A stretch of 64,000 nt of DNA from Mobula hypostoma (Eukaryota), in the NCBI RefSeq assembly GCF_963921235.1, contig NC_086097.1:187180001-187244000 (forward strand). The letters are read 5' to 3'. Below are positions 24,564 through 38,214 of this stretch, one piece after another; position 1 is the first letter of the stretch, and each line of letters starts with the position of its first letter. Made by a program: the position numbers and the translations under genes. Under the pieces are notes generated by a model that made no database searches, was not told where the DNA came from, and saw nothing but the letters and a program-made list of their open reading frames with translations.

Positions 24564-25514
24564 TTCTTTCTTTTTAAATCTTTTTATTGAATAAGTATAC
24601 AAAAAGGTAAGCGATATAGGCACTAATACACTGTTAGAATATAATAAAATTACAGGAGATATTAATACAAAAAAAATGATACAAACAATGTAATTTAAAC
24701 ATAACATACTAAGGTAACATAATAGTATACTAATTTTTATATATATATATATATATATCTCAATAGAGAAAAGGAAAAAAAAAACCCAAAAAAACCACCG
24801 TGCAACTAACTAAAAGCAAAGCAAAGCAATGGGCTAACTTGGAACCAAGCAGAGTTAAAAAACTTAAAATCACGTCCTCAATCCCGACCTCCATTAAAAA
24901 CAGTAAAAAAAAAACAAGAAGGGTATATAAATATGGAGCAAAAAAAGAGGAGAAAAAAAAATTACATTAAATGAAAATATTGAATAAAAGATCTCCAGGT
25001 CTGTTCAAATTTAAGTGAGGAATCATAAAGATTACTTCTAATTTTCTCCAAATTCAAGCATAATATCGTCTGAGAAAACCAAAAAAAGGTAGTTGGAGCA
25101 TTAAGCTCTTTCCAATGTTGTAAGATACATCTTTTCGCCATTAAAGTAAGAAATGCAATCATTCTACGGGCTGAAGGAGAAAGATTACTGGAAATTTTAG
25201 GTAGTCCAAAGATAGCAGTAATAGGGTGAAGAGAGATATCTATATTCAATACCTTGGAGATAATATTAAAAATGTCTCTCCAAAAAGTTTCCAGAGTAGG
25301 ACAAGACCAAAACATATGAGTTAAAGAGGCTATCTGCCCCGGACATCTATCACAAAAAGGATTAATATGAGAATAAAAGCGAGCTAATATATCTTTGGAC
25401 ATATGTGGTCTATGAACAACTTTAAATTGAATTAGGGAATGTTTAGCACAGACAGAGGAAGTATTGACTAATTGTAAAATCTGCCCCCAGTCATCCACGG
25501 AAATGATAGACCCC
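24564..25514 (-). mobile_element. 5'-truncated L1 (C-terminal CCHC region and 3' UTR)
   Basis: IQFKVVHR..CDRCPGQIASLTHMFWSC..LEKIR; A-rich tail; 15-bp TSD ggagatagatattct / ggagatggatattct (24549-24563 / 25515-25529). Confidence 0.9.
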
Positions 25515-27499
25515 GGAGATGGATATTCTAAAGGCAGAATGACACAACCGCGGCTGTTAAGGGAAGACAAAGCCATCATAAAAGTGAAAAAGTGGGCATA
25601 TCATAGAGTAAAAATTCATGGGAAATTAGGGGATTGTGAGAGCAACTAAAAAGCAATTATAAGTGAAAAGATGAAATATGAAGGTAAGCTAGCCAACAAC
25701 ATCAAGGAGAATATCAAAAGTTCTTTTCAGATATATAAAGAGCAAAACAGAGGTGAAAGCAAATATCGGACTGCTGGAAAATGATGCTGGAGAGGTAGTA
25801 ATGAGGGACAAGGAAATGGAGGACAAACTGAATAAGTATTTTGCATCAGTCTTTACTGTGGAAGACACTATCAGTATGCCTGATGCTCAGGGATGTCAGG
25901 GAACAGAAGTGAGTGCAGTTGCTATGACTAGGGAGAAGGTGCTTGGAAAGCTGAAAAGTCTGAAGGTAGGTAAGTCATCTGGACCAGATGGACTACACCC
26001 CAGGGTTCTGAAAAATGTAGCTGAAGAGATTGTGGAGGCATTAGTAGAGGTCTTTCAAGAATACCTAGAATCTGGCATGTTTCCAAAGAAATGGAAAATT
26101 GCAAATGTTACTCCTCTCTTCAAGAAGAGAGGGAGGTAGAAGACATCAGTGGCCGGGAAAGAGTCAATTGTTAAGGATGAGTTTTCATTGTCCTTGGAAG
26201 CACATGATAAAATGGGCCAAAGCTGACATGGTTCCCTAGAAGGAAAATCTTGCCTGACATCTGTTGGAGTTATTTGAGGAAATATCAGGCAAGGTAGATA
26301 TAGGAGAATCAGTGAATGTTTTGTACTTGACCTTTGACAAGGTGTCACACATGAGGGTGCTTAGAAAGGTAACAGCCCATGATACTACAGGAAAGATACT
26401 AGCTGGCATGAAGCATTGGCTAATTGCCAGGAGGCAAGAGTGGGAATAAAGGGAGCCTTTTCTGATTGGCTGTCGGTGACCAGTGATGTTCCGCAAGTGT
26501 CAGTGTAGGAATTACTTCTTTTTGGGTTGTATGCTAATAATTTGGAGAATGGAATTGATGCCTTTCTGGCCAAGTTTGTGGACAATACGAAGACAGATGA
26601 GGTGCAGGTAATGCTGAGAGAGGCTGTAGAAGGACTTAGATTAGGAGAAGAGACAAAGAAGTGGCAGATAGAATACAGTATCGGGAAGTCTATGGTTATG
26701 CACTTTAGTAGAAGGAATAAAAACGTAGACTATTTTCTAATCAGGGAGAAAGTGATAAAATCTGAGGTGCAAAGGGACTTGAGAGTGCTCATGCAGGATT
26801 CCCCGAAAGTTAACTTGCAGGCTGTCGGTGATGAGGAAGACAAATGCAATGTTTGCATTCATTTCAAGAGGACAAGAACATAAAAACAAGGGTATATTGC
26901 TGAGGCTTTATAAGGCATTGGTGAGGCCTCATTTGGAGTATTGTGAGCAGTTTTGCGACCCTCATCTTAGAAAGGGTTTGCTGATATTAGAGAGGGTTCA
27001 AAGAAGGTTCACATAAATGATTCAAGATTGAAAAGCTTACCATATGAAGAGCATTTGATAGTTCTCTGCCTGTACTAGCTAGAATTTAGAAGGATGAGGG
27101 GGATCTCTTTGAGTTATATGTAATGTTGAAAGGTCTAGAAGGATTGGATGTGGAAAGGCTGTTTCCTGTTATGAGACAGTCTAGGACCAGAGAGTACAAC
27201 CTCAGAATGGAGACGGAAAGGAAGTTCATTAGCCAGAGAATGAATCTGTGGAATTCATTGCCACAGGTAGCTGTGAGGGCCAGGTCATTGAGTGTATTTA
27301 AAGTGCATGTTGATATGTTTTGATAAGTCAGGGGTGAAAGGTAATAGGAGAATGGGATTGAGAAAGAAATGGATAAGTCATGGTGAAATGGCAGAGCACA
27401 CTCGATAGGCCGAAAGGCCTAGTTCTGCTCCAATGTCATATGGCAAGTTAGAGTTGCAGATTTTCTTCCTGAAAGCATGAGCAAACCAGAGATTTTCAT

Positions 27500-27785
27500 G
27501 ACACACACAAAACCCTGGTGGAAATCAGCAGGTCAGGCAGCAGCTGTGGAAAGGAATAAGGATCTGATGTTTTGGGCCAAGACTCTACATTATGGGGAAG
27601 AAGCCAGAACAAGAAGGTGGGAGAAGCTGGCTCCTTCCCCCTTCCTTTTCAGTCTAGATGAGTGATCTTGGCCCAAAATTTCGACTCTTTAATCCTTTTC
27701 ATAGATGCTGTTGACCTGCTAAGTTCCTCCAGCGTTTTGTGTGTGTTGTTCTGTGATTTCCAGCATCTGCAGATACTTATGAGTT
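27500..27785. mobile_element. Older PLE pLTR-derived fold-back element with two decayed hammerheads
   Basis: acacacacaaaa..cagcaggtcaggcagca inverted to tgctgttgacctgct..ttttgtgtgtgt, plus the ccagcatctgcaga tail. Confidence 0.7.
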
Positions 27786-28679
27786 TAGAATTTTTGATAA
27801 TCCAGGAGCTTCTGTTTCCAGATTATTTATTTCATTACTTTAAAATCTCCAGCTGCCATTGTGAAACTTGAGGTTATCCTCACTAGACCACTAGTCTGAA
27901 CTTTTTGATACAAGTCTGATTGCTTCACCATGATGTTATAGTGACCATACTGCATTATGTCTGTTACTGTCTCAAAACGTCAGTGGGCAGATTCCCCAAT
28001 AGATTCCTGAACTTTCCGATATCTGTGAGGATTAAATCCCAGAACAGTGTTATTAAAGCATGATTGATACAAATCTGACCGTATATGGGCATTCCTTGGA
28101 GCAACGTAGGCTTACTTGCTGGGCAATGCTCCAAAATCTATTTCTGGACCAGGGGTGAATTGCTAGTAACTGCTGATAAGTTCTGACTCAGTATCATATA
28201 CTGTATGTGCTTGTTGCAGAAGCAGGATGTGTGATAACACTTCCAATTACCAATATAAAAGATTTTCTCTGAGCAATGAAAATGTAATGAATGAGAAATT
28301 TGTACAAGTGATACTGCTTTTTCAGCAATACGTGCCTGAAAATTCATTCTTCCTGTGTGGCACACAATGATAACATTGCTGAATCAGTAGCAACGGTTTC
28401 CGGATTAAGCTGTGCCACACCAGGAAAAAAACAGAACACTGCCAAGTACACATCTGATGTGACTTCCACATCTCAGATCCCATAACAATTATTTTCCATG
28501 CAAAGCCCCCACTGCAGCATTGCTTAAGAAATAAATCCCAGGGTGCACATTTATTCCTTGGAATATACACATCCAGCAAGAATGCTTTCCTCATAGCTCC
28601 TGTGTTTATCCTGAGCTCAGTCTTCAGTCTCTGACTCAGATGCAGGAACCATGATCTCCCTGAAGTGAAGGAGGCAGAG

Positions 28680-28880
28680 GGATGACCTTACAGAGGTTTA
28701 TAAAATCATGAGGGGCATAGATAAGGTAAATGGTCACAGTCTTTTTCCCAGGGCAGGACAGTCTAAAAGTACAGGAGTTGGGATTAATATGAGAGGAAAA
28801 TAATTTAAAGCAGACCTGAGGGGCAAGCTTTTCCACACACGGCATGGCAAGTAATGGAATGAACTTCCAGAGGAAATATT
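28680..28880 (+). mobile_element. CR1 3' fragment
   Basis: gacctt..gaggtttataaaatcatgaggggcatagataaggt (DL-EVYKIMRGIDKV). Confidence 0.6.
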
Positions 28881-28914
28881 AGAAGTGGATGCAGTTATTT
28901 AATGATGAGGCATA

Positions 28915-29135
28915 GGACTCTGAAGGCCTACATTCAGTGATTCAGGAACAGATTCTTCTCCTCTATCATCAGGTTTCTGAATGGTCCACAAACCCATGAA
29001 CAGTACCTAATTGTTCCCTATTTTTTGCACTATTTAATTTGTCATTCATTAGTTTTACACCTTTGCAATGTACAGTGTCACAATACAACAAATTTCACGT
29101 CATTAACAACAGTGATAATAAAGCTGATCCTGTTT
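28915..29135 (+). mobile_element. Rex1/Babar-type 3' end
   Basis: ttcaggaacagattcttctcctctatcatcaggtttctgaatgg...gtgataataaa, shared with the 7545-8068 fragment. Confidence 0.55.
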
Positions 29136-29164
29136 CTTAAAAGAAACATCTGAGGTGGTACATG

Positions 29165-29287
29165 AACAAGAGAAGATCTGCAGGTGCTGGAAATCCAAGC
29201 AACACACTCAGAATGCTGGATGAACGCAGCAGGCTAGGCAGCATCTGTGGAAACAGTCGACATTTCGGGCGAGACCCTTCATCAGAA
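29165..29287 (-). mobile_element. PLE pLTR end with a hammerhead core
   Basis: Minus strand tCTGATGAagggtctcgcccGAAAtGTCgactg (29254-29286), followed by the pLTR end and tail. Confidence 0.75.
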
Positions 29288-29596
29288 GAGGGTGGTAGAT
29301 AGATAGGAATGGCTACGAGGGATATGGGCCAAACATGGGCGAGAAGGATTAGCATCTTGGTTGTGGACTTTATGGGCTGAAAGGCCTGCCTCTGTGCGGT
29401 AGAAATCTGCCTCCATGATGGATGGGAGTACAGGTCTTCATCCAACTTCTGACTCGGGAAGTGTGTTGCATCAGTTTCTTGGTGACTGGGCTATGGGCAG
29501 AGTTCTCTCACTGATGGACACAATTCTCTATAAAAAGGTAGAAACATAAAGAGTACTGCTCTGTTACTGCATAAGTGACAGTGCATGAGGTGTCAA

Positions 29597-30100
29597 GTTC
29601 TGGTCGCCTCACTATAGGAAGGATGTGGAAGCATTGGGAAGAGTACAGAGGAGATTTACCAGGATGCTGCCTGGTTTAGAGAGTATGGATTATGATCAGA
29701 GATTAAGGGAGCTAGGGCTTTACTCTCTGGAGAGAAGAAGGATGAGAAGAGACATGATAGAGGTATACAAGATATTAAGAGGAATAGATAGTGTGGACAG
29801 TCAGTGCCTCTTCCCCAGGGTACCACTGCTCAATACAAGATGACATGGCTTTAAGGAAAGAGATGGGAAGTTCAAGGGGGATATTAGAGGAAGGTTTTTT
29901 ACTCAGAGAGTGGTTGGTGCGTGGAATGCACTGCCTGAGTCAGTGGTGGAAAGAGATATACTAGTGAAATTTAAGAGACTACTAGACAGGTATATGGAGG
30001 AATTTAAGGTGGGGGGGTTATATGAGAGGCAGGGTTTAAGGGTCGGCACAACATTGTGGGCCGAAGGGCCTGTACTGTGCTGTACTATTCTATGTTCTAT
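29597..30100 (+). mobile_element. CR1 3' fragment
   Basis: EALGRVQRRFTRMLPGLE..YSLERRRMRRDMIEVYKILRG; tail tattctatgttctat. Confidence 0.85.
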
Positions 30101-30779
30101 AACTCTTGTTAGATCATGGCCTGTCACAGTATAACACTGGATACAGTACTAACAGTTACTCATCTCCCATGATACAAAATACAGGAGTATAGTACAAGTT
30201 TTCAATCATAAGAACAAATAACCAAAATCATTCAGTCCCTTGAATCTAATAAATAGTACAATATGATCATGGCTAATCCAGTTTTGGCCTCAGGATCACT
30301 TTCCAACTTTCTCCCTGAACTTCATCACCTCCTTGTAATTCAAAGGCTTTATCAATCTCAGTCTCAGTCCCAGTCCAGTCATGAACTTAGTACCCTGCGC
30401 TACAAGTATGGAGAGATGCAAGTATAGTGAAAAACTTGCTTGCAGCAGCCTTGCAAGCATGTAGATTCGGACAACACAAAGAACACAAAAAAAATTGTAT
30501 CAGCCATTAGTACAAAAGAAAACATAATCAGAACAAAGTCCATGATAATGCAAGAGGTAGTCTGTAGTGTTCTATTACTAAGACAGAGTTAGGATTGTGC
30601 TGGTTGGTTTCAGAATCTAGTGGTTTTAGGAAAGATGTTGTTCCTGAACCTGGTTGAGTGGGACTTCAAGCATCTGTTCCCAAATTCATGCCTAAAGTCA
30701 GAAGTGAGAAAAGGGCATGACCTGGATGGTAGGAATCTTTGGTGTTAGATGGTACCTTCTTAGAGCAGCACCATATATA

Positions 30780-32381
30780 CAAACCCCATTTCCAGAAAAG
30801 TTGGGATATTTTCCAAAATTCAATAAAAACTAAAATCTGTGATATGTTAATTCACGTGAACCTTTATTTAACTGACAAAAGTACAAAGAAAAGATTTTCA
30901 ATAGTCTTACTGACCAACTTAATTGTATTTTGTAAATATACACAAATTTAGAATTTGATGGCTGCAACACACTCAACAAAAGTTGGGACAGAGTTAAAAT
31001 AAGATTGAAAAGTGCACAGAATATTCAAGTAACACCGGTTTTGAAGACTCCACATTAAGCAGGCTAATTGGTAGCAGGTGAGGTATCATGACTGGGTATA
31101 AAAGTAGCGTCCGTCAAAGGCTCAGTCTTTGCAAGCAAGGATGGGTCGTGGCTCACCCCTTTGTGCCAAAATTCATGAGAGAGTTGTTAGTCAGTTCAAA
31201 AGGAACATTTCTCAATGCAAGATTTCAGAGAATTTAGGTCTTTCAACATTTACAGTACATAATATTGTGAAAAGATTCAGAGAATTCAGAGACATCTCAG
31301 TGCATAAAGGGCAAGGTCGGAAACTACTGTTGAATGCGCGTGATCTTTGAGCCCTCAGGCGGCACTGCCTAAGAAACCGTAATGCTACTGTGACAATTAT
31401 AGCCACCTGGGCTCGGGAGTACTTCAGAAAACCATTGTCACTCAACACAGTCCGTCGCTGCATCCAGAAATACAACCTGAAATTGTATTACGCAAGGAGG
31501 AAGCCATACATCAACTCCATGCAGAAATGCCGGCGAGTTCTCTGGGCCCGAGCTCATCTCAGATGGACCGAAAGGCTGTGGAACTATGTGCTATGGTCAG
31601 ACGAGTCCACATTTTAGCTAGTTTTCGGAAAAAAACGGGCGTCGAGTTCTCCGTGCCAAAGATGAAAACGAGCATCCAGATTGTTATCAGCGAAAGGTGC
31701 AAAAGCCAGCATCTGTGATGGTATGGGGGTGCATCAGTGCCCATGGCATGGGTGAGTTGCATGTATGTGAAGGTACCATTGACTCTGAGGCGTATATTAG
31801 GATTTTAGAGAGATATATGTTGCCATCAAGGCGACGTCTCTTCCCGGGACGTCCATGCTTATTTCAGCAGGACAATGCCAGACCACATTCTGCACGGGCT
31901 ACAACAGCGTGGCTTTGTAGACACAGAGTGCGTGTGCTTGACTGGCCTGCTGCCAGTCCAGATCTATCTCCTATTGAAAATGTATGGTGCATCATGAAGA
32001 GGAGAATCAGACAACGGAGACCATGGCCTGTTGAGCAGCTGAAGTCTTATATCAAGCAAGAATGGACAAAATTTCCAATTGCAAATCTACTACAATTAGT
32101 ATCCTCAGTTCCAAAATGATTAAAAAGTGTTATTAAAAGGAAAGGTGATGTAACACAATGGTAAACATGCCTCTGTCCCAACTTTTGTTGAGTGTGTTGC
32201 AGCCATCAAATTCTAAATTTGTGTATGTTTACAAAATACAATTAAGTTGGTCAGTAAAATTATAGAAAATCTTTTCTTTGTACTTTTGTCAGTTAAACAA
32301 AGGTTCACGTGAATTAACGTATCACAGATTTTAGTTATTGAACTTTGGAAAATATCCCAACTTTTCTGCAAATGGGGTTTG
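30780..32381 (+). mobile_element. Full-length Tc1 DNA transposon (IR/DR-type long TIRs)
   Basis: TA|CAAACCCCATTT...AAATGGGGTTTG|TA; TIRs of about 210 bp (30780-30993 / 32171-32381) with aaaagttggga at both ends of each TIR. Confidence 0.95.
31141..32164 (+). pseudogene. Tc1 DD34E transposase pseudogene (340 aa when repaired)
   Basis: MGRGSPLC..; WSDES, VMVWG, QQDNARPH-(34)-PIENVW; stops at 31348, 31615 and 32117, plus one extra A at 31629-31635. Confidence 0.92.
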
Positions 32382-34127
32382 TAGATATGTTCAGCAGTGA
32401 GAAGGGCTACATCCACTACTCTCCATACCCTCTCGAGTTCCTGTGTATTGGAATTGCTGTGCCAAGCCATAATGCATTTGGTCACGATATTTTCAAAAGT
32501 GCAACTTTTGTAGTGTATTAGAATATTTAGTGACATTCCAAATCTCCTTTAGTTTCTAACAAGGTAGAAGTGCTGGTGCACCTTTTCGTTCATTGTATCT
32601 ATGTGCTGGGAGCAGGACAGGTCACCTGAGATGTTAAGAAATATTAAATAAATAAACAATAAATATTGAGAACATGAGATGAAAAGTCCTTGAAAGTGAG
32701 TCCATGGATTGTGGGAATAATTCAGTGATGCGGCAAGTGAAGTTATCCCTTCTGGTTCAAGAGCCTGATGGTTCAGGGATAATAACTGTTCCTGGACCTG
32801 GTGGTGTGAATCCCGAGGCTCCTGTACGTTCTTCCCAGTGGCAGGAGTGACAAAAGAGCATGGCCTGGATGCTCAGGGTCCTTAATGATGGATGCTGCTG
32901 CAACAATGCTCCATATAGGTGTGCTGAATGGTGGGGAAGGCTTTACCTGTGATGGACTGGGCTACATCCAATTTTTTGCAGGCTTTTCTGTACAAAGTCA
33001 TTGATATTTTCATACCAGGCTGTGATACAACCAGTCAATAAACTCTCCACCACATATCTATAGATGTTTGTCAAAGCTTTAGATGACATACTGAATCTTC
33101 ACATACTTCTAAGAAAGTAGAGGTGCTGCTGTGGTTTCTTCATAATGTCTCTTATATGCTGACCATAGGACAAATTTTCTGAAATGATAACACTGATGAA
33201 TTTCAGAATCTATCCTGTCAATCTCTCTCAAAATCTTACATACTTCAGCAATGTCACTGCTCAATTTTCTAAACTCAAATGAGTATGTGTTAAACCTCTT
33301 CTTAATATCATTCCTTTCATTCCAGGAATCAACCAAGTGAATGTTTTCTGTTCTGTCTCCAATAAAACTATCCTACCTGTCACTGTCTTCGACAGCCTGA
33401 GGCCACATATGTACGGGATGCAATCCTGTGTGCAGTTGGGTGAAAGGAAAGTGTGGAGGAGACTCAAACTGAAGATCTGTGCTTCTTTGCCTCTCCTTCC
33501 CTCAGTTACCTCCCCTCCCCTCAGTTACCTTATCTACAAACAGGCAGCTCTGTGGCTTTGATTAATGGAGCAACCGAGTTGAGCTTACTGGTCCTGATCA
33601 AGATGATCTATGGCATGGCCATCCCAGTATAACTACACCTTTAAGCCTCTTCCCTGCTTCATTCTCCATTTCCTTCTCAGTTCAAACAGCACCATTCTCT
33701 CCTCTCTGCCAATCTATTTCCCTTCATCTCCAAAGCAACTTTCGTAGACAGTGCTGACAGCTTTTCCCAGCAGATACATGTGAATGAAATGGCAATTTGC
33801 TGCAACTACCTTGAGTGAGGACACAAGTCCAAATTAAAGGCAATATATTATGGTAATAATTTCTTAAAGTGTAAATGTCCCAATGTTGTGACTTGCCTTG
33901 ATGACCCCAGATTTGGCACTAGTACAAAACATAATTTCCACATAATGTACTATTCAAATTATAATGTAACAAGTTCAGAAGATAGGCCAAAAAGCATAGA
34001 AAAGGGAAAAGGGAAAATTGGGAATGTCAGAAGCCTTGGATGGGGTAATTAGCAGATTGGCAAACATTTGGCAGATGCAATGTGGAAGTGAAGAGGGAAA
34101 TGAAGAGCAGAGACTGCAGAAACTGGA

Positions 34128-34460
34128 AACATAAGAACATAAGAAATAGGAGCAGGAGTAGGCCCACCGGCCCATTGAGCCTGCCCCACCATTCAATAAG
34201 ATCATGGCTGATCTGTCCGTAAACTCAACTCCAACTACCTGCCTTTTCCCCATAATCCTTAATTCCCTTACTATGTAAAACCTATCTAACTGTATCTGAA
34301 ATATATTTAATGAAGAAGCCTCAACTGCTTCCCTGGGCAGAGAATTCCACAGATTCACCACTCTCTGGGGAAAAACAGTTTCTCCTCATCTCCATCCTAA
34401 ATCTTCTCCCCTGAATCTTGACGCAGTGTCCCCTAGTTCTCGTCTCACCTACCAATGGAA
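34128..34460 (-). mobile_element. CR1 3' end
   Basis: Minus-strand ETRTRGH..RRNCF..VNLWNSLP; 8-bp terminal repeats aacataagaacataag. Confidence 0.85.
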
Positions 34461-35674
34461 TTGAGCAACATACAAAATTCTGAAGGAACTCAGTGAGGGG
34501 GGGCAGCATCTATGGAGAAAAATCACCTTCCAGCTCTTGCTCCACCCTTCCCCTTCAAATTTTTATACTGTTACTTTTCCCTCTATCTTTCAATTAAAAT
34601 CAGGGCCAAAACATTCCTTTTCCTTCAGAGGGGAATGAAGTATGGGTAGAAGAAAAAGGTTTAAAATTGTGGCTTATTCAGGCACTCCTGAATTTTCTTT
34701 TTTTTTTGCTCTTCTGATCAGAGCAAGCACAATTCAGCTGAGCTTAGGGTTACACCACAAGTACTTTAATGGGTGTAGTCAGCTGTAGTTGCACCACTTG
34801 GTGGGAAAACTGCGTAGTGCATTGGAGTTCATAAAGTGAAGTGTGTGTTTAATCACCCCCTTTTCCTGTCATCATGAACCATGTCGTGTCTGTGAAGACC
34901 TTTGCATGAGCTCCTTTCTGTTCTTCCAATGAGAAAGAATTGATTATTTTCTACCTCTGAGAAGTGAACCACTGAGGTGTAGCAGTGTGTCAGACACTAA
35001 GAAACATTGCTAATGTCTCTAGCATGGAATGAACTAATGGCAAAAACAAGCAGGGCCACAGTGAGTTGTGCAGCTCTACACAATACTGTCCAAGTAACCT
35101 CTCTGGTTAAAATTTATCTGTAACATTTGGGCATGACCTTTGAGCAAAGTTTGTTCCGATTGTCCATGCTCTTTAGTCGAGCAGTTAAAATACATCTGCC
35201 AGAAGATCCAGGCTGGATATAATTTCTTAAAAAAATCCTTCTTGCCCTCCCCATCTCCTCCAGCAGTTTGACTTGCTTCCCAAGTCCTTTCTTCCAATCC
35301 AAGCTGAAAACTGACAGAATTGCAAAACAAAAGGATCATTTAAGCCAACAGAAGCGTTCAGTGGAAATTCCATGGCAGCCATGCCACAGGACAGATTCAT
35401 GATCAGAGTTCTGGAAGTTATACAGCAAAGAAACAGATCCTTTGGTCCATCACGCCACCATCGACCAATACATACCTGTCAATACTAGGCCCAGCACTTG
35501 GCCCATAGTCAGAGTCATATAGCACTATAGCACAGAAACGGACCCTTCAGCCCATCTAGCCAGGTGCATTTATTCTGCCCATTAACCGACAGATTAACCA
35601 TAGCCCTCCATATCCTTCCCATCTATCAACACACATAAAATTCCCTTAAATATTGCAATCCAAAATGCATCCAT

Positions 35675-35793
35675 CAATAAACTCTTCTCAGGGTTCCAGC
35701 CAGGTACAGGTATCAATTTTAAGGGTTAAAATTGATAGCTATACCCAGCTGGAAGCCAAAGAAGAGTTTATTGGTCATATACACCAGGAAAGC
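35675..35793. repeat. About 100-bp fold-back palindrome plus a short tail
   Basis: caataaactcttc (35675-35687) pairs with gaagagtttattg (35761-35773); centre tatcaattttaa-ggg-ttaaaattgata. Confidence 0.75.
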
Positions 35794-37749
35794 AAAACTC
35801 CAGGGTTGTGATCTCAGGTTTGCAACCTGTGCCACGTGAGGCTAGAATTAGGAAGATTATACAGTTTAATACATGGCTAAGGAGTTGGTGTAGGAGGGAG
35901 GGGATAAGATTTTTGGATCATTGAACTCTCTTCCAGGGAAGGTGGGACCTGTACAAAGAGATGGTTTGCACCTGAACTGAAGAGGGACTAATATCCTAGT
36001 GGGATGGTTTGTTATACTGCACGGTGGGATTTAAACTAGAGTTGCAGGGGGATGGGAACCAGAGCGCCAGAACAGATAGTGGAGAGGTTGTGGAGGCAGA
36101 TGTTGCTAACCTCAGAAAGTTAGGAATCAAGAGTTTGAGCATAGTGTGAAAAAGAAACAAAGAAGGATGAATACAGAACTGAAAGTGTTGTATCTAAATG
36201 CACACAGTATGCGGAATAAGGTAGATGGACTTGTAGCACAGTTGCATATTGGCAGGTATGATCTTGTAGGTATCACAGAATCATGGCTGAAAGATTATAG
36301 CTGGGAGCTTAAGGTCCAAGGATACACATTGTAGCGAAAGGGCAGGTAGGAAGGCAGAGGGGGTGGCATTACTCCATTGGTAATAAATGAAATCCAGTCA
36401 TTAGAAAGGGGTGACATAGTGTTGGAAACTGTAGGATCATTGTGGATAGAGCTGAGGAACTGAAAGACCCTGACAGAAGCTGTATACAGACCCCCAAACA
36501 TTAATAAGGATGTGGCCTACAAATTACAATGGAAGATAGAAAATCCATGCCAAAAGGGCAATGTTACAATAGTCATGGGGGACTTCTATATGCAAGTAGA
36601 TTGGGAAAATCAGGTTTGTGCTGATTCTAGGGGAGGGAATTTCTAAAGTGCCTGAGAAATGACTTTTTTAGGGCAGCTCATGACAGCCCACTAGAGGAGC
36701 AGCTATTCTGGATTGGGTGTTGTGCAGTGAAGCAGAATTGATTAGAGAGCTTAAGGTAAAAGAAACGTTCTGATCACACTCACTCTGAAATGTGAAAAGG
36801 AGAAGCCAAAGGCAGATGTATCAGTTTTACAGTGGAGTAAAGGGAATTACAAAGGCATGCGAGAGGAGCTGCCAGAATTGATTGGAAAAGAACACTGTCA
36901 GTGACGACGTCAAAGCAGCAATGGCTGAAATTTCTGGAAGCAATTTGGAAGGCACAGGATATATGCAAACCAAAGAGGGAGAAGTATTCTAAATGCAAGG
37001 TGACACTACTATGGCTAACAAGAGAAGGCAAAGCCACCATGAAAGCCAAAGAGCGGGCATGCAATAGTGAAAAATGTAATGGGAAATTATAGGATTGGGA
37101 AGCTTGTAAAAACCAAAAGAAGGTAAAGATGGAATACGAAAGTAAGCTAGCCAATAATATTAAAGAGGACACCAAAAGTTTCTTCAGATACATGAAGAGT
37201 AAAAGAGAGGCAAAAAGTGCATATTGGACTGCTGGAAAATGATGCTAGAGAAGTATTAATGGGGGACAATGAAATGGCAGACGAGCTGAACAAGGATTTC
37301 ACCCCAACTCTCCCCCCTCCTCTGAACCTACCCTTTCCCCCTCTGATCCCAGCTCTCATCTATGCCGGGTCATCACCATCCCCTTTGACATTCCCCTCTC
37401 TGAGGCAGAATGTTCTGTTCTCAGGAAGGGCCTCACCTTCGTCCCCCTGCGCTCACACCTCAGTGAGTTCTGTGCCCGCTGTGAAGCTTCACCGCCTCCG
37501 TCTCTGTGCCTACTTCATTGGCAAGGACTGTCCAGCCCACTCAGATGACCCCTTATCTCATCTGCACTCTCCTCCTCTTCCTGGATACCCTGCTGGGGTC
37601 TTCTGCCTGCTCTGGATCTTTTCATTGCTAACTGCTGACAGGACATCAGCCATTTCAACTTCACCACTGCTTCCTCCAATTCCAACCTCACTACTTCCAA
37701 ATGCACTGCTCACCACTCTCTACGCATTAATTCTAACCTCACCATCAAA

Positions 37750-38214
37750 GGAGGAGATTCACAAGGAAGTTGCCTGGGTTGGGGAGCATGCCTTCTGAAA
37801 ATAGGCTGAGTGAACTTGACCTTTTCTCCTTGGAGCGGCGAAGGATGAGAGGTGACCTGACAGAGATGTATAAGATGATGAGAGGCATTGATCATGTGGA
37901 TAGTCAAAGGCTTTTTCCCCAGGGCGGAAATGGCTAACATGAGAGGGCACAGTTTTAAGGTGCTGAGGAGATGTCAGGGGTAAGTTTTTTTTATGCAGAG
38001 AGTGATGAGTGCGTGGAATGGGCTGCCGGCGATGGTGGTAGAGGGGAATATGATAGGGCTTTTTAAGAGACACCTGGATAGGTATATGGAACTTAGAAAA
38101 ATAGGGGGCTATGGGTAACCCTAGGTAATTTCTAAAGTAAGTATGTGTTCGGTACAGCAATGAGGGCCAAAGGGTCTGTATTGTGCTGTAGATTTTCTAT
38201 GTTTCTATGTTTCT
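37750..38214 (+). mobile_element. CR1 3' fragment nested inside the PLE
   Basis: Splits the PLE at TIK|PADK; LERRRMRGDL-EMYKMMRGID; (tttctatg)n tail. Confidence 0.85.

Larger units (their letters stand above)
16330..27445 (+). mobile_element. Near full-length degraded CR1 LINE hosting three insertions
   Basis: ORF1 esterase-like VVIGDSIV at about 16630; APE LRVLYLKAHSIGNKVD..GITESWL (17901); GSDHNM (24350); RT fragments 25753-27320; CR1-type 3' end at about 27440. Confidence 0.9.
30380..33200 (-). mobile_element. Two old Rex1/Babar-type 3' fragments, the first split by the Tc1 element
   Basis: tgttcctgaacctgg/tgttcctggacctgg..ggctcctgtac..gatggatgctgct motifs colinear with 3200-3600; the host sequence resumes after the Tc1 TA. 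Confidence 0.55.

Noticed and set aside
24737..24757. (AT)n microsatellite, also (GA)n near 48890 and (CTCTGT)n near 15840
   Set aside because: Ordinary simple repeats, mostly within retroelement UTRs.
35138..35303. Possible minus-strand host exon (ttttcag acceptor, two open frames)
   Set aside because: The donor (AAG|GTCATG) is weak and I do not recognise the peptide; RNA-seq or tBLASTn evidence would be needed.
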